DNA from: Hyaloraphidium curvatum SAG 235-1
Taxonomy: Eukaryota; Fungi; Monoblepharomycota
Assembly: GCA_025558095.1 (NCBI GenBank)
Contig: JAIVFI010000042.1
Coordinates: forward strand, 248,001-312,000
DNA: 64,000 nucleotides
Reading direction: 5' to 3'
Below, piece by piece: positions 22,356 through 33,632 of this stretch. The stretch's first letter is position 1; each line of letters begins with the position of its first letter. Under the pieces are notes generated by a model. It searched no databases. It saw only the letters and a list, made by a program, of their open reading frames with translations, and was not told where the DNA came from. The position numbers were made by a program, and so were the translations under genes.

Positions 22356-24307
22356 CTACTGCAGGAACTGGCGGTAAACCTGGAATCCGTGGTCAGGCTC
22401 CGGAAAATCACCATGCATCAATCCGCGATCGAGCCCACCTCATTCTCCGTCTCCTCGACGTAAGGATACCGCAGTTCCCGCAGGAAGGCCTCGAACTCCT
22501 CCCTGTCCGCGTCCGTCTGCCCGACCTGCATGCCGACGAGCACCTTGCCGACGTCGGCCCCGTAGTTGCGGTAGTGGAAGAGGCTGACGTTCCACGTCGG
22601 CTTCATGACCGCAAGGAACCGCTGCAGCGCGCCCGGCCGGTCCGGGAACGAGAACCGGAACAGACGCTCATCGGGCAGTTTGGCGCGGCCGCCCATGAGG
22701 TACCGCACGTGCGCCTTGGCGGTTTCATTGTCCGAAATGTCGGTCCCGTGCATGTCCTTCTTGGCGAGCTCGGCGAATATGGCCCCGAGCTCGGTCTCCC
22801 GGTCGCGGGTTTGGAGGGAGAAGGACATGAAGATGTTTGCCTTCTCGGAATCCGAGAAACGGTAGGCAAACTCCGTCACGTTGCGGGGCGCGATGGCCTT
22901 GTAAAGGGTCATGAAGCTGCGGAGGGGCAAGGGATGAGGACAATCCCCGCAGCAGCGTTCCCGCCAGGTTCCACCTTCCGGGCTTCTCAGGAATCACGAC
23001 GCTGACCAGGGCCTCCCTCTTCTCACCGAGCTCCGCGCGCTCGCTCACGAAACGGAGCCGGTCGAAGTTGATGTTGGCACCGCTTGCAATGGCCACGTAT
23101 GTGCCGCCCGTCAGACCCTTGATCTGGACGTACTTCTTGAAGCCAGCGACAGAAAGGGCGCCGGCCGGCTCAACGATGGACCTCGTGTCCTCGAAAATGT
23201 CCTTGATGGCCGCGCACACCTCGTCCGTGGAAACGAGGACCATGGCATCGACGAGCTCCTGGGCGATCCTGAATGTTTCCTCGCCGACGAGGCGGACCGC
23301 GGCACCGTCCGCGAACAGTCCCACTTCCGGGAGCTCCACCCGCTTCCCGGCCTGCAGGCTCCGCGTCATAGCGTCCGCGTCGTAAGTCTCCACACCGATG
23401 ACCTTGACGTGCGGCGCCACGCGCTTGATGTAGGAAGCGATGCCGGTGAGGAGGCCACCGCCTCCGACACAGGCAAAGACGGCGTCCAGGGAGGCCAGGG
23501 TGGCGTAGGCTGGCAGCTGGCGGACGATCTCCATTGCGATCGTCCCCTGGCCGGCGATGACGAAAGGATCGTCGTACGGGTGGACATCGACGAGCCCTTG
23601 CTCCTGTTGTCGCGTACGGTCAGGATCATTCGAGCGCGGGGAGGGTTCCGACCCACGTCAATCAGCTGCTGCCGCCGTTTCTTCGCCTCGTCAAAGTCCA
23701 TGCCGTACAAAACCGCTTTGCCTCCCAATCGCTCGACGTTCTTGACCTTTATGGGAGGGGTCGCGAGCGGCATGACGATGGTCGCCTCGATGCCCATCTT
23801 CTTCGCGGCGAGCGCGACTCCCTGGGCGTGGTTGCCCGCCGAGGCGCACACGACGCCGCGCTTCCGCTCTTCGGGCGTGAGCTGGGACATCCGGTTGTAC
23901 GCGCCGCGCAGCTTGAACGAAAAGACGGGCTGGAGGTCCTCGCGCTTCAGGTACAGGTTGTTCCCGAACCGCGTCGACAGGTTGACCGCGTGGGTCAGGG
24001 GGCTCTCCATCGCCACGTCGTAGACCGGTGCGGTTAGGATCATCTGGAGGTAGTCCGGGTGTCCCGCGCCGGGGGTGTCCGGCTCGGCGTGCCCGTTCGC
24101 CAGGCCGTTGGCGGCGCGCGGGTTCTCCCAGATGGGCTCCCCTGTGAACAAGGTGCCGTCGACGCCGAAAAAGTGCCAGCCTTCGCCGTCGAGCGAGATG
24201 GCGGCCTCGAGTTTCGGGGACGCTGGAGCGTCGGGCGTAGACACGCGCGCCACCACCGCCGGCGCCAGCGCAGGGGGCGGGGTCGAAGGCGACGGTGCCG
24301 GCGGCAT
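22356..24307 (-). CDS. ILV1: Biosynthetic threonine dehydratase
   Basis: [19 protein letters not shown] (PLP lysine), [24 protein letters not shown], two C-terminal ACT-like regulatory repeats; last exon VYRQFLQ*. Confidence 0.94.
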
Positions 24308-24769
24308 CGCGACGTTGAAGTCCAACAACACACGGCTCGCGATTCGCCTCTGGTGGAGATGCCGGCGGCGCGGTTTGTTTTGACGTTGGTGATGACGCGT
24401 CTTCACTCGATTCTGCCAAGCTGGAGCAATGTTGGGCAGCGATCTCGTAGCTAGAAGGAGTGGACTATTCCAGCAAACAGAAGAGCTAGTTTTGGGAGCT
24501 TTATGCCCGCTGACCGATGTTGTAGCGGACCCTGCCTCGGGCTTCCCCATCCATCATTTCGACAGGCAGCCCGGATCACCGGCTGTGTCGCCAAGCGGAT
24601 CGCATATCGGATCTTTATCCGCTGAACGAGACGACGATGCGACGATCTTTCCAGGGTTGGGTGTGGTGGCAACGACGGGGCTCCCGCTTCATTTGCCATT
24701 TGGGGACGTCGGGCACACCCTTCGATTCTGCCGACACGGCCTCTATTCGCATCGCGCTTCCAGCGAGCG

Positions 24770-25810
24770 ATGGACGGAAAGGACACGCATTACGATAAGG
24801 AGGGGAAGGATGCCGACTCGATCCCGGCGTCGGAGGTCGCCCTGTCGCACGGTGCTTCTTCGCCGAAGCGCGGCGCCTTCTATGTCGCGCTCGCGGCCAC
24901 CGCGCTCGTGGCGGCGGGCATCGCGGCCTTGGCAACGTACTTGAGCATCAAAGCGCTCGCCGCACCGTGCCCTACTGTGCCGGAGGCCACCAAGACCGTG
25001 ACGACCACACAGACGGTCTTCGCGACGGTGACAGCTCTCGCGGCTGTGGAACACACGCTCCCCGTGGACCCTGTTCGGATCATCGCACTCGGAGATAGCA
25101 TCACGCAGGGATACCTGTACGGAGGGCACTACCGATCCTTCATGTCATACCCTCGGAGGCTGCAGGAGCGGCTGAACCTCAACGAGTTCGGCTGGGGAAG
25201 GGGATTCGAGGTCAAAGTCGAGGCGAAAGGTGGAGACCGGGTTCTCGACGAGTTCGCGCAGCGATATCGGTATCAGCTCGAGGCCAGAGCGAAGGGCGGG
25301 GAGCTCTACGAGTGGAGTATTATCCTTGGTGGATTTAATGACTTAACGTATGGCTCCAAAGCCTCCGACGTCCTGGCGGGTCTCCAGCGTCTGTGGGACA
25401 TTGGACGGGGCAGCAACCCTTACATGAGGATCCTGCAAGCGACCGTGATGGAGTTCGGTCGCAACATCGTGAGTGCCCGCATGACCTCGCAACCTACGAT
25501 GTGATTCCAAGCGCAATCGCCGCAGACCAACTTCGCTGCAGTCGAGCAGCAGCGGATTGAGCTGAACCAGGGAATCTTCAGGGCCGCGAACGCTACGCGC
25601 AACGTGTTCGTCCTGGACACGGCCCAATATTTCCAGTTCCGGAACATTTCGGACGACGAGCGGAGAGCCAGATGGGACGACGATGTGCATCCGACGTCCT
25701 ACGGATACCAGCTCCTCGGCGACGTGTTCTATGAAGGGTGGGTAGCCTTGACCGTCGGATTCCTTTGTTTTGACGTCGGTCCTTGCAGCATTCGAGGACT
25801 CCTGCACTGA
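24770..25810 (+). CDS. SGNH/GDSL esterase with N-terminal membrane anchor
   Basis: Block I ALGDSITQG, block III GGFND, block V DDVHP; hydrophobic segment near the N-terminus; two introns. Confidence 0.85.
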
Positions 25811-25916
25811 TTCAAGTACAAGCAAATGAAAGTCTCTCGTCTAGAACAGCAGATGCTTCTTTGTCTTCTCCTGTCTGCTGATGTAGTTGGAACGCTAATC
25901 TAATGCCCTCTGTGCC

Positions 25917-27569
25917 TCAATATGCCTCTGCGACTCGTGCAACGTAACTTTGGCCCATCAATGTTTGCAGATCGAGAGCTGAACAGGACTTACCGCTCGA
26001 GGTACTCCTGGAATGCTGCATCCCGGGTCTGGAACCATATTCCGTGGACGTCCGCTTGTTCCGCCTTGAGAGACTCTTCGAGAGAACGGTCCACCGAAGT
26101 GATCTAATCGTGCATCGTGTCGGATCGCAAACGCCATCATCCATCTGAGCCCTTACCTCTTGGATTAGTCCTTTGGAGCGAGCGCCTTTCATCTCCGCTG
26201 GCTCCAGGAGGGAGACTTCTTCTACGACAGCTTGTAGGGGACGGAGGTGCGGAAGGTGCTTCAGAACAGCCCCGTTTAGAATATCACGCAGCTAGGGAAT
26301 CGTGGTTAGAGCTAGTGAGGTGCCTTGTCTTTGCCTGCAAGTGTTCGCAATACGAACCTGCATGATCCAGCCGCGCCTCTGTGCGTCGATCTCGTACTTT
26401 CGGCGTACATCGGGCTCAAGGAGGAGGTTGTACAAAGCCATCCACGTCTTGAGAGGATCGTTAGACGTTGAGACCACAAAAATATCTGCGCCCCCATACC
26501 TGAGCTTCGTACTTGGTCAGCTTGGTGCTTGCCTCCACCATGTTGCTGGCAAACTCCTCATCGAGGAGCTTTTCAAGTCTCAGCCAGGGTGCGGACTCCA
26601 GAAGCTGGATCAGCAAGACTACAATATCTGATTTGTTTGTCAAGCTAAAGGAAGTGCGGGCCCTTAGTGACTCAACTCACCAAAGTCGGCCTGCAACATC
26701 AGATTTGTGGCTTCCAAAGGCAATGATGAAGCAAAGTCGGTGATGCACTGGACAATAGCGAGCGCCGACAGACTAATCCGGTGCCTGTGCCGGTGGTGTG
26801 CCGCTGCCAGATCCTGTTGGTGGATTAGCCTCGTGCGAAGGCAACCCTCGTCTGTGGTACCTTGTCGACCTTCTCCATTCTTCTTTCCAGAGCTGAAGGT
26901 GATGTTCCCTCCCCCTCTTCGTTGCTTTGTCCGGCCATATCAGCGATTGACGTGGTTGCCTAGCTACGGCCACATACCCCAGCGCAAGAAGGTTCACCAT
27001 TTTCCGACGGCACCACCGGAGTAGATCCGTCGCGTGCGAGCCCAGCGACGAGCACGCAAAGCTATGGTAGAGTATCAGAGACAGAAAATCAGCCAAAGTG
27101 GCTTCAAACTGAATCTGATGGCTCCGTTGATCAATCGAAGAGCGGGGCGGCCACTTGCATTGCTCACCACGAAGCGGAGCTTCAACGCTGCTTCTTCATT
27201 ACCGTCCAGGTTCAGCACCAAATTTGGCACGATTTGAGATTTCCAACGCTCGAGCACCAGCAGCTCGTAGACCAGAACTTGGGTCTGCCGAGCATGAGCG
27301 AACAATTGCCGTATCACCAGGGGCTCCGCACCTTCTCTGTATCTGCTATCACATCCGACACACGATCTTCATCGCGCTCTGTGGCTGCTCTGTGTGCCTC
27401 AGCATGGAGGAGCTCGATTGCTTCCTGTTGATTGAACCATCTTGCAACCGCTGAGCCAGGGTTCGCCGTGCCGCAGACTGTCTCACCTCCTGCTGCCAAT
27501 GTCGGCCATTGCCAAAGGCGTTATTGATTCGGCTAGCTCCGAAATAGGCACGGAAGGTCCCGTAGCCAT
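25917..27569 (-). CDS. ZMYND10: ZMYND10/BLU-like dynein-arm assembly factor lacking the C-terminal MYND finger (about 8 introns)
   Basis: Spliced translation: DIGSRRWFNQQE, LVYELLVLERWKSQIVP, DLLRWCRRKMVNLL, VLLIQLLESAPW, KLTKYEAQTWMALYNLLL, LKHLPHL, ending RVAEAY*. These blocks are colinear with animal ZMYND10 as I recall it. Confidence 0.8.
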
Positions 27570-27673
27570 CGTTTGCCGGGGTTCTTGGGCCTAGATTCGA
27601 AAGTCGCGTCGGATGTTTGCACGCCGGCCGGGACAAGGCCGAACGCGACCGACCAGGCCGCCCAGCCATCAGA

Positions 27674-29704
27674 ATGGAGCCAGAGTCTACGAGCCTCCCC
27701 GTCGAACTATGGCAGGCGGTGTTTTCTTTTCTGACGCGTCGATCCGATCTTTACGCCGCGTCGCTCGCGTGCCGCTTGTGGAACGGACCCGCGTTGGAGA
27801 GGCTCTGGGCCTTGGGGCCTATTCCGCACAACCTGCGGTCCGTGCGCGAGTTTCTACGCGTCGTGGCTGGCACAAAGAATCTTTCTGATGTCGGCATTTT
27901 GGGATTCGACAATGACGGGGCGGAGACGGCCCCCTGGGAACCTCCGGAAGGCGACAGCCCCGAACGTCGTCATCTGCGGGCGAGCGGATTTTTCTCGCTC
28001 GAGGATGATACAAAGGGGCGGGCGAATACGAGGGTTGAAAGGGCTGATGGTGACACAGCGGACTGCATTCCTTATCCTGGTTGCGCTTCGGTGGGGCCGT
28101 GGAAAACTCCTCTAGAGTACGCGGCGCTTGTCCGCCACTTTTCATTCCTGGGGGACTTCTACGGCGGAAGATCAATCATGCCCTCGGGAGCATTGGTGAA
28201 CTTTTTGGTCAGCCGATGCCCTGGTTTGAGGACGCTCGTAGTTCGCCAAGGCCTGTCGGGCACCCCGAACCCCGAGGCCGGCCGGGCGTACAATCTCTCT
28301 TGCCTCCGCGTTCCCGGCGCCCCGTACGAGTCGCTGCAGAACACCTTGGAACCGGGGAAAGTCACGCATTTGGACGTGCTGGTTGATCCTACGCTCCTTG
28401 TCGCGGTATTGGAGGCGTTTCCCAACGTCCGATCCTTGACTTTTGCTCGCCATGGTCTGAGCGGACCTGACGGCACCCCGCCAATTGATCCCGTACTGCC
28501 CGACTTGAACCAGCTCTCCCTCGACGATGAGGGCGAGAACAGCTTGGCTCATCTGGTTCCATCTCTGTCGTCAGTGAAGCTCGTCGGTTTCCACGTCACG
28601 CCGGCCACAGACGAATACGGATCGCGTCTTTTGACGAAGTTGGCGCCGCAGATTCGGAGGCTCACCGTGAGGGCAACTCGAATGAAGGACCTTCTCTGCC
28701 TCGATAAGCTGTCGAATCTCGAGGCTCTCCATCTCCACGATCTTCCCAACCTGCCCCAGATTCTGGTCGCGACCTCATCCGTCTGGGCTCCCAGAATTCG
28801 GAGCCTGTATCTCTGCTCCAGGTCCACCATGTTCGAGGTTGGCTTTCTACTTCGGCAGCTGGACCCGCGCAACCTTCGGGAGTTGACGCTGAAGTGCCTA
28901 CCGTCGCGGAGGAGGAACGATCTGGGCTTCGTGGACCCGACCACGACGTTTCTGGCGACGCCGTCACCGCAACTCGTCGCGCCGAGCTTAGCGCTCTCGT
29001 TCGTTCCGCTTTCTTTCCCGAACCTGGAGGTACTGCGCTTCGAGGGATTCGAGATTTCCGATCTCGATCAGTTCCTCGAGAATCTGGCCTCAACTCGAGG
29101 GCCCCGACCCCAACTGCGCGTCCTCGGTCTTTCGGACCAGCCGCAAATGGCCCCGGACCCGCTGTTAGATTGCCTGCGGAAGCTGAAAGTCCTGCAAGTT
29201 CTGTCTCTGGCCGCGTGCAACCTCGATGACCGTGTGGTGGCCGAAGTGCTTGTCGCAGGCTCCGGCCCCTTGCCAGACAGGGAATCGGAGCTTCCGAGCC
29301 CACGAAGGCGTCGCGATCGCAGCAGATCGGAGTCGTCCGCATCTGGCTCGGAGTTGCTCGCTACGGTAGCAAGGCGGAACCATCGACAGGCGCACGTGGA
29401 CGCGGACTGGGATCGCAGGCTTTCTGATGGGGGACAGATCCGGCGATCCCAGCTTCGGCGCTGCTTCTTCGGAAGGAACCCAGGAGTTACGCTGGAGGAA
29501 CTCGCAGGGCTGGTCAAGAGAAGGGATATGCTTTTGCCCGCAGAGTTGGCGATCCTCGACTTGCTTGGCACGCGGGCCACGGAGCAAGCTGTCGCTGGCC
29601 TCAGGGAGAGCTTGCCGCACATCTTCGGCGCGACTGGCATACGGATCGGATCGCGGCGCCCTCTGGAAGATGAGGATTGGATTTTCGAGGGGGATTTCGA
29701 TTGA
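27674..29704 (+). CDS. F-box/LRR (RNI-like) protein, intronless
   Basis: N-terminal F-box SLPVELWQAVFSFL...LYAASLACRLWNGPALERLW followed by LxxLxL repeats. Confidence 0.8.
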   Translation: MEPESTSLPVELWQAVFSFLTRRSDLYAASLACRLWNGPALERLWALGPIPHNLRSVREFLRVVAGTKNLSDVGILGFDNDGAETAPWEPPEGDSPERRHLRASGFFSLEDDTKGRANTRVERADGDTADCIPYPGCASVGPWKTPLEYAALVRHFSFLGDFYGGRSIMPSGALVNFLVSRCPGLRTLVVRQGLSGTPNPEAGRAYNLSCLRVPGAPYESLQNTLEPGKVTHLDVLVDPTLLVAVLEAFPNVRSLTFARHGLSGPDGTPPIDPVLPDLNQLSLDDEGENSLAHLVPSLSSVKLVGFHVTPATDEYGSRLLTKLAPQIRRLTVRATRMKDLLCLDKLSNLEALHLHDLPNLPQILVATSSVWAPRIRSLYLCSRSTMFEVGFLLRQLDPRNLRELTLKCLPSRRRNDLGFVDPTTTFLATPSPQLVAPSLALSFVPLSFPNLEVLRFEGFEISDLDQFLENLASTRGPRPQLRVLGLSDQPQMAPDPLLDCLRKLKVLQVLSLAACNLDDRVVAEVLVAGSGPLPDRESELPSPRRRRDRSRSESSASGSELLATVARRNHRQAHVDADWDRRLSDGGQIRRSQLRRCFFGRNPGVTLEELAGLVKRRDMLLPAELAILDLLGTRATEQAVAGLRESLPHIFGATGIRIGSRRPLEDEDWIFEGDFD

Positions 29705-29721
29705 ATTCGAGATTCAAGCCA

Positions 29722-32043
29722 TTACAAAAGCCGCTCTTCTGCTGCGACGATTTCCTCCTTGATGAGCTTGTCCACGTCGTTCCGGAAGCCAAACACGCGA
29801 ATCGCCTCCCCGAGGTTCTTCATTCTTCGTGCTGCCATGATTTCCTTCCGTTTGGCCTCCTGCTCCGCGGCCTTCTGCTTCAGCACCCTCTTCTTGTCCT
29901 CCTTCTTCTTGGACTTCTCGCCGCCGCCTTCGCCAGATTTCGCGCTCGCAGCCGCCTTGGAAGAGCTGATCTTCTCAAGCTCCGACTTTCGAATGGCGTC
30001 CATCTCGGGCCGGAACGTGTCCAAGAACGCCTGCGCGAACGCATCCTTCCTCGCTTTTGACCCATTGGCCACGTCGAAAGCGCTGAGCAGCGGGTGATTC
30101 AGAGCAGGATCGTCCCTCTCCTCGGGCCCGAACGGTTCCTCGGGAGGAGGCGCGGCCGCGTTCCCAGCTGTCTTTCGCTTCCGTGCTGCGCGGGCTTTGC
30201 GGCGTGCTCGCCGGATTGTCAGCGCCTCGTACATATCCCCGTCAACGAGGGACTCGCGGTAGAGTTCGATGCCGCGGGTGACCGCATCCAGCATGGCGTC
30301 GATCACTTTGGTGTCACTGTGATCCATCCCTTCCCGAACAAACACGGCGCGATCAAGCACGGCAAATGACAACCGCGGCTGGTCGGCCGTCTCCTCCAGC
30401 GAACCCAGGAAAAATGGCGTCGGATCCGAGTGGATGGAAATGCACGGTTCGAAAAAGCTGTGAAGCAGCATATTCAAAAATGGAAGCGACGGAGCGGTTT
30501 CGCTCGTGTACGGCCGCAGGTGAGCGGGTGTCTCCGGAGCAGGGCGATGCGCCGGGTGAACGTAGTTGTCCAGAGAGACCACTGTCGCATCCCCAAGCTT
30601 CGTGACCGTGTAGGGATACAGGGGATCAGACGCTGTGCCGGAAACTGGAGCTTGATCGTTGCTGGTTCCGACGCCGCCCTCTTTGCGCCCACCGCTGCTG
30701 GTGGTGGAGCCAACGCCCGCGTAGCGGTTCCTCCACAAGGGATCTGTGGCCGGAAACACAAGATCTGCGTACTCGGGCCTGAGCGTGTAGGGAGGATAGC
30801 CAAAGAGCTCGACGGGCGCTTCTTCTGGCTCGTCTCCTTTGCCCTCCTTTCGTCTTCTCTCCGCTCTCTCCGCTGCAGCTTCTGGTACGTCCTGATCCCA
30901 ATTCAGCCGCGCGTAAGCCTCAAGACGTCGATCCGTCGGGTGCCACGACTTGACGAGCGGTTTGAGCGTGTCGCGGATGCGAAGAAGGCACCGGCGAATC
31001 GCCCGCTGGTTCTCGTCGTGCCGCGGAGGAAAGAGCTTCGGATCCGGTTCCGGTATGGTTTCCGGTCGGAACTGAGGATCGCAGGGGTCCCACTGGGGGT
31101 TTGGTTCCGTCCCTGCCACTTCGAACCTCGGAGGCCCGGCAACGCCGGTCCTCTTGGCGTTTGTCGCCCACGCTCGGTCCATGTCGTCCTGAATGCCCCG
31201 CAAAGTCACCTGCAGTTCTCGCAAGCTCTTCGTTGTGGCGTCAAAGAGCAGCATCAGTTCATCGCGTGCAGGTTTTCGGGCTCCGTAGTGTTCCATCTCC
31301 CACGGGGAAAGAGACGCCCAAGTCCGTTCATCGCGCGTCATTGACGATTCGGGATCGGAGTCTGGAGCAGAGTCGGAAGAGTAGACAAAGATCTGCTTGG
31401 CCAACACGTCCTCCGGCCCTTCATAGGAATCGTCGGACGCTTCCATCTCTTCCGCTGTCGTCTTGTCGACGACCGCCGAGACTCTGATGGTGCCCTCGAC
31501 CGAAAGCCCGACATTCTGTCGCTTCGAAGCATGTCGGTAACCGCGCTGGACATCCGCATCGACGTCACTCGCGGAGTCTGCGCTCGATCCCGACGAATCG
31601 GTGTCGGAGTTGCCTTCCTCCGACTCGTCCTGACCGCCATCGTCGCCAGAGGACTCGGCATCCTCGTCCAAAAAACCTTCAACATCGCTCATAGAGCTGC
31701 TGCTTTCGGGAACGTCCGAATCGTGCTCCCGGGCACGCGCAGAACTATTGGGCTTCGGCAGTCCGGGAATGAGCAGATCCTCCGAAGAGCCTGAGCTCTT
31801 TCCCAAGCTTGAGGGAGCATTGCTAGTAGAGCCTGAATCGTCACTCTCTTCCGAGGAAGCACTGGCCGCCGCCCGAGATTCTTGTGTCTTTTCGTCGTCC
31901 GTGGAAGGAGACCGTGCCTTTCCGGACTTTCCGGCCGCGGTGCGCGCTTTTCCGCCAGCTTTCGCCGCCGATGGCGCGCCAGAGGATGCTCTGTGCACTG
32001 ATGCCGCTTGTGGCCGACGGACCGGCTTCTCCCGGGGCGGCAT
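29722..32043 (-). CDS. Hypothetical protein (about 773 aa, intronless; basic then Ser/acidic N-terminus, basic coiled C-terminus)
   Basis: Long uninterrupted ORF with protein-like composition; ATG 32043 (MPPREK) chosen because the upstream extension overlaps the opposite gene; no family recognised. Confidence 0.7.
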   Translation of the reverse strand: MPPREKPVRRPQAASVHRASSGAPSAAKAGGKARTAAGKSGKARSPSTDDEKTQESRAAASASSEESDDSGSTSNAPSSLGKSSGSSEDLLIPGLPKPNSSARAREHDSDVPESSSSMSDVEGFLDEDAESSGDDGGQDESEEGNSDTDSSGSSADSASDVDADVQRGYRHASKRQNVGLSVEGTIRVSAVVDKTTAEEMEASDDSYEGPEDVLAKQIFVYSSDSAPDSDPESSMTRDERTWASLSPWEMEHYGARKPARDELMLLFDATTKSLRELQVTLRGIQDDMDRAWATNAKRTGVAGPPRFEVAGTEPNPQWDPCDPQFRPETIPEPDPKLFPPRHDENQRAIRRCLLRIRDTLKPLVKSWHPTDRRLEAYARLNWDQDVPEAAAERAERRRKEGKGDEPEEAPVELFGYPPYTLRPEYADLVFPATDPLWRNRYAGVGSTTSSGGRKEGGVGTSNDQAPVSGTASDPLYPYTVTKLGDATVVSLDNYVHPAHRPAPETPAHLRPYTSETAPSLPFLNMLLHSFFEPCISIHSDPTPFFLGSLEETADQPRLSFAVLDRAVFVREGMDHSDTKVIDAMLDAVTRGIELYRESLVDGDMYEALTIRRARRKARAARKRKTAGNAAAPPPEEPFGPEERDDPALNHPLLSAFDVANGSKARKDAFAQAFLDTFRPEMDAIRKSELEKISSSKAAASAKSGEGGGEKSKKKEDKKRVLKQKAAEQEAKRKEIMAARRMKNLGEAIRVFGFRNDVDKLIKEEIVAAEERLL

Positions 32044-32178
32044 GCCGTCGTTGGACCGCGTGCGCTTGCACTGCCTTCCCGCGCCCCTACTCGTGCGTGG
32101 TTCGAGCCCGGCCCAAACAAACAGTCCTGAATCTCCGCTCAACCTCCCGGCGTGCTGCAGCCAGTCTCGGCGCGAAGA

Positions 32179-33625
32179 ATGCAGCGAAGGGATACGGTGC
32201 TGCCGGCCATCGTGCCGCCCACCAGGGGCCTGCCGGTGCAGCTGCAAGCGGGCGAGAACTCGCCGTCGCCGGCGACTCCGATTTCGGCGGAGCCCTCTTG
32301 GGCCTCTGCGGACGCCTGCATCGAGCTTGTTGGAGTCCCTCCGGACTTTGCGGACCAAATTCGCGCTGCTGCCGCAGCGGACGACGTCCCGCTCGCCGCA
32401 CTCAAGGCTGCCGACGCAGCTTCTCTGCGGTGGCCCACGCTCGGCACGCTACCACTCTCCGCGTGCGACCCCTTCACGCTGGACTCTTTCTCTAAGCTAC
32501 TGCGGGCACACGCTCGTGCCGGAAAGGACCTCATCGTCGCGAGGGTGACCACGGTGTCGTCGGGCAAGCTCTTCCACGACATCTATGCGGCCCATGCGAT
32601 CAACAGGGTGCTCTTCCGAACGCAGCAGTCCGAAGGGCTGCTGCATCGCATGAAAGCGAGGAACCCGCTCAACAATCTGGAGATCGTGGGCGACGTCTGG
32701 TACTACTCAGTGAACGCCGATGAGGCGAGGACCACCCTTGCTGCGCTCAAAGGAAACGGCAGCTGTGGGTATGGTCTGGGCACGGACACCCGCAGGCCTA
32801 GGAGATTCTCGTTCTCGTCACTCTGGGATGCGGCGACTCAGCTCATCTCGCCCTCGTCGCGAGAAGGGCACAAACGTTCCCGATCGGTCGGCCCCCCCGG
32901 ATACCGCGCTGTCGGCCTAGGAGAGGACCCACCCGCTCTGGTCGAGACTACGATCCGCACTTTTCCGCCTGTGGTGACGGTCGAGGACTGCGACCGCAGC
33001 TCCCCCATCGACGCTGTCGAGCTTCGGCCGGAAGCATGGCCGGACCTGCCTCCACCTTATGTGCGCCCCGGGGCAGAGAGTGTCAAGCCGCCGGCGGTCG
33101 GGCAGTCCGTCATCTTCGGGTGAGCCATGTCTACTTGGCGCCGGCTCCACGCAGACTCATCTCCGTGTCAGGGCAAAATTCATCGGCACGGACGATGACT
33201 TTCTAATGAAGGCTGAAACGAGGGCCTACTTCAGGGCAAATGCGCTCGACCACTCGGAAGCTGTCCTCTTCGAGCTCAGTGGTGCAGCTGCTCCGGCTGA
33301 AGACAATGCCCTCCCCCACCCTGCGCTCCCTGGTTTTCGTTACACGCTCGACACTACCGACGGTGACGATGCGTTCGACGCGGAGAACGCAACACCCCTT
33401 CAACACTTGCGGCGGATGCTCTTCCAGCCCCTGCGTCCCTTCAACAGCGCGATCCTAGGGCTGATCTTCACGCCCGTGTGGAGGACCATTGTCCTCTCGT
33501 ACATCCTGGCCGCCATCTTGGTGATCAAGTTCGTCGGAACGGCGGCGGGGACGGTCGTCTACGTCGTGATCGCGGGGCTGGCGCTCATGTGCGCGGCGTG
33601 CTTCGTGTTCCTCTTCGGGGCCTGA
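32179..33625 (+). CDS. DUF5092-like membrane protein
   Basis: DPFTLDSF...KDLIVARVTT...YAAHAINRVLFRTQ.SEGLLHRMKARNPLNN.EIVGDVWYY, then FIGTDDDFL after one intron near 33120-33171; two C-terminal hydrophobic helices. Family name from memory. Confidence 0.6.
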
Positions 33626-33632
33626 ACACATT

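Noticed and set aside
25811-25919. TGA read-through/selenocysteine at the ZMYND10 stop
   Set aside because: The read-through frame gives about 34 aa with no CxxC or MYND similarity, and I see no SECIS-like element.
32044-32358. N-terminal extension of the 878-aa ORF
   Set aside because: Non-ATG start that overlaps the opposite-strand DUF5092-like CDS; ATG 32043 is more plausible.
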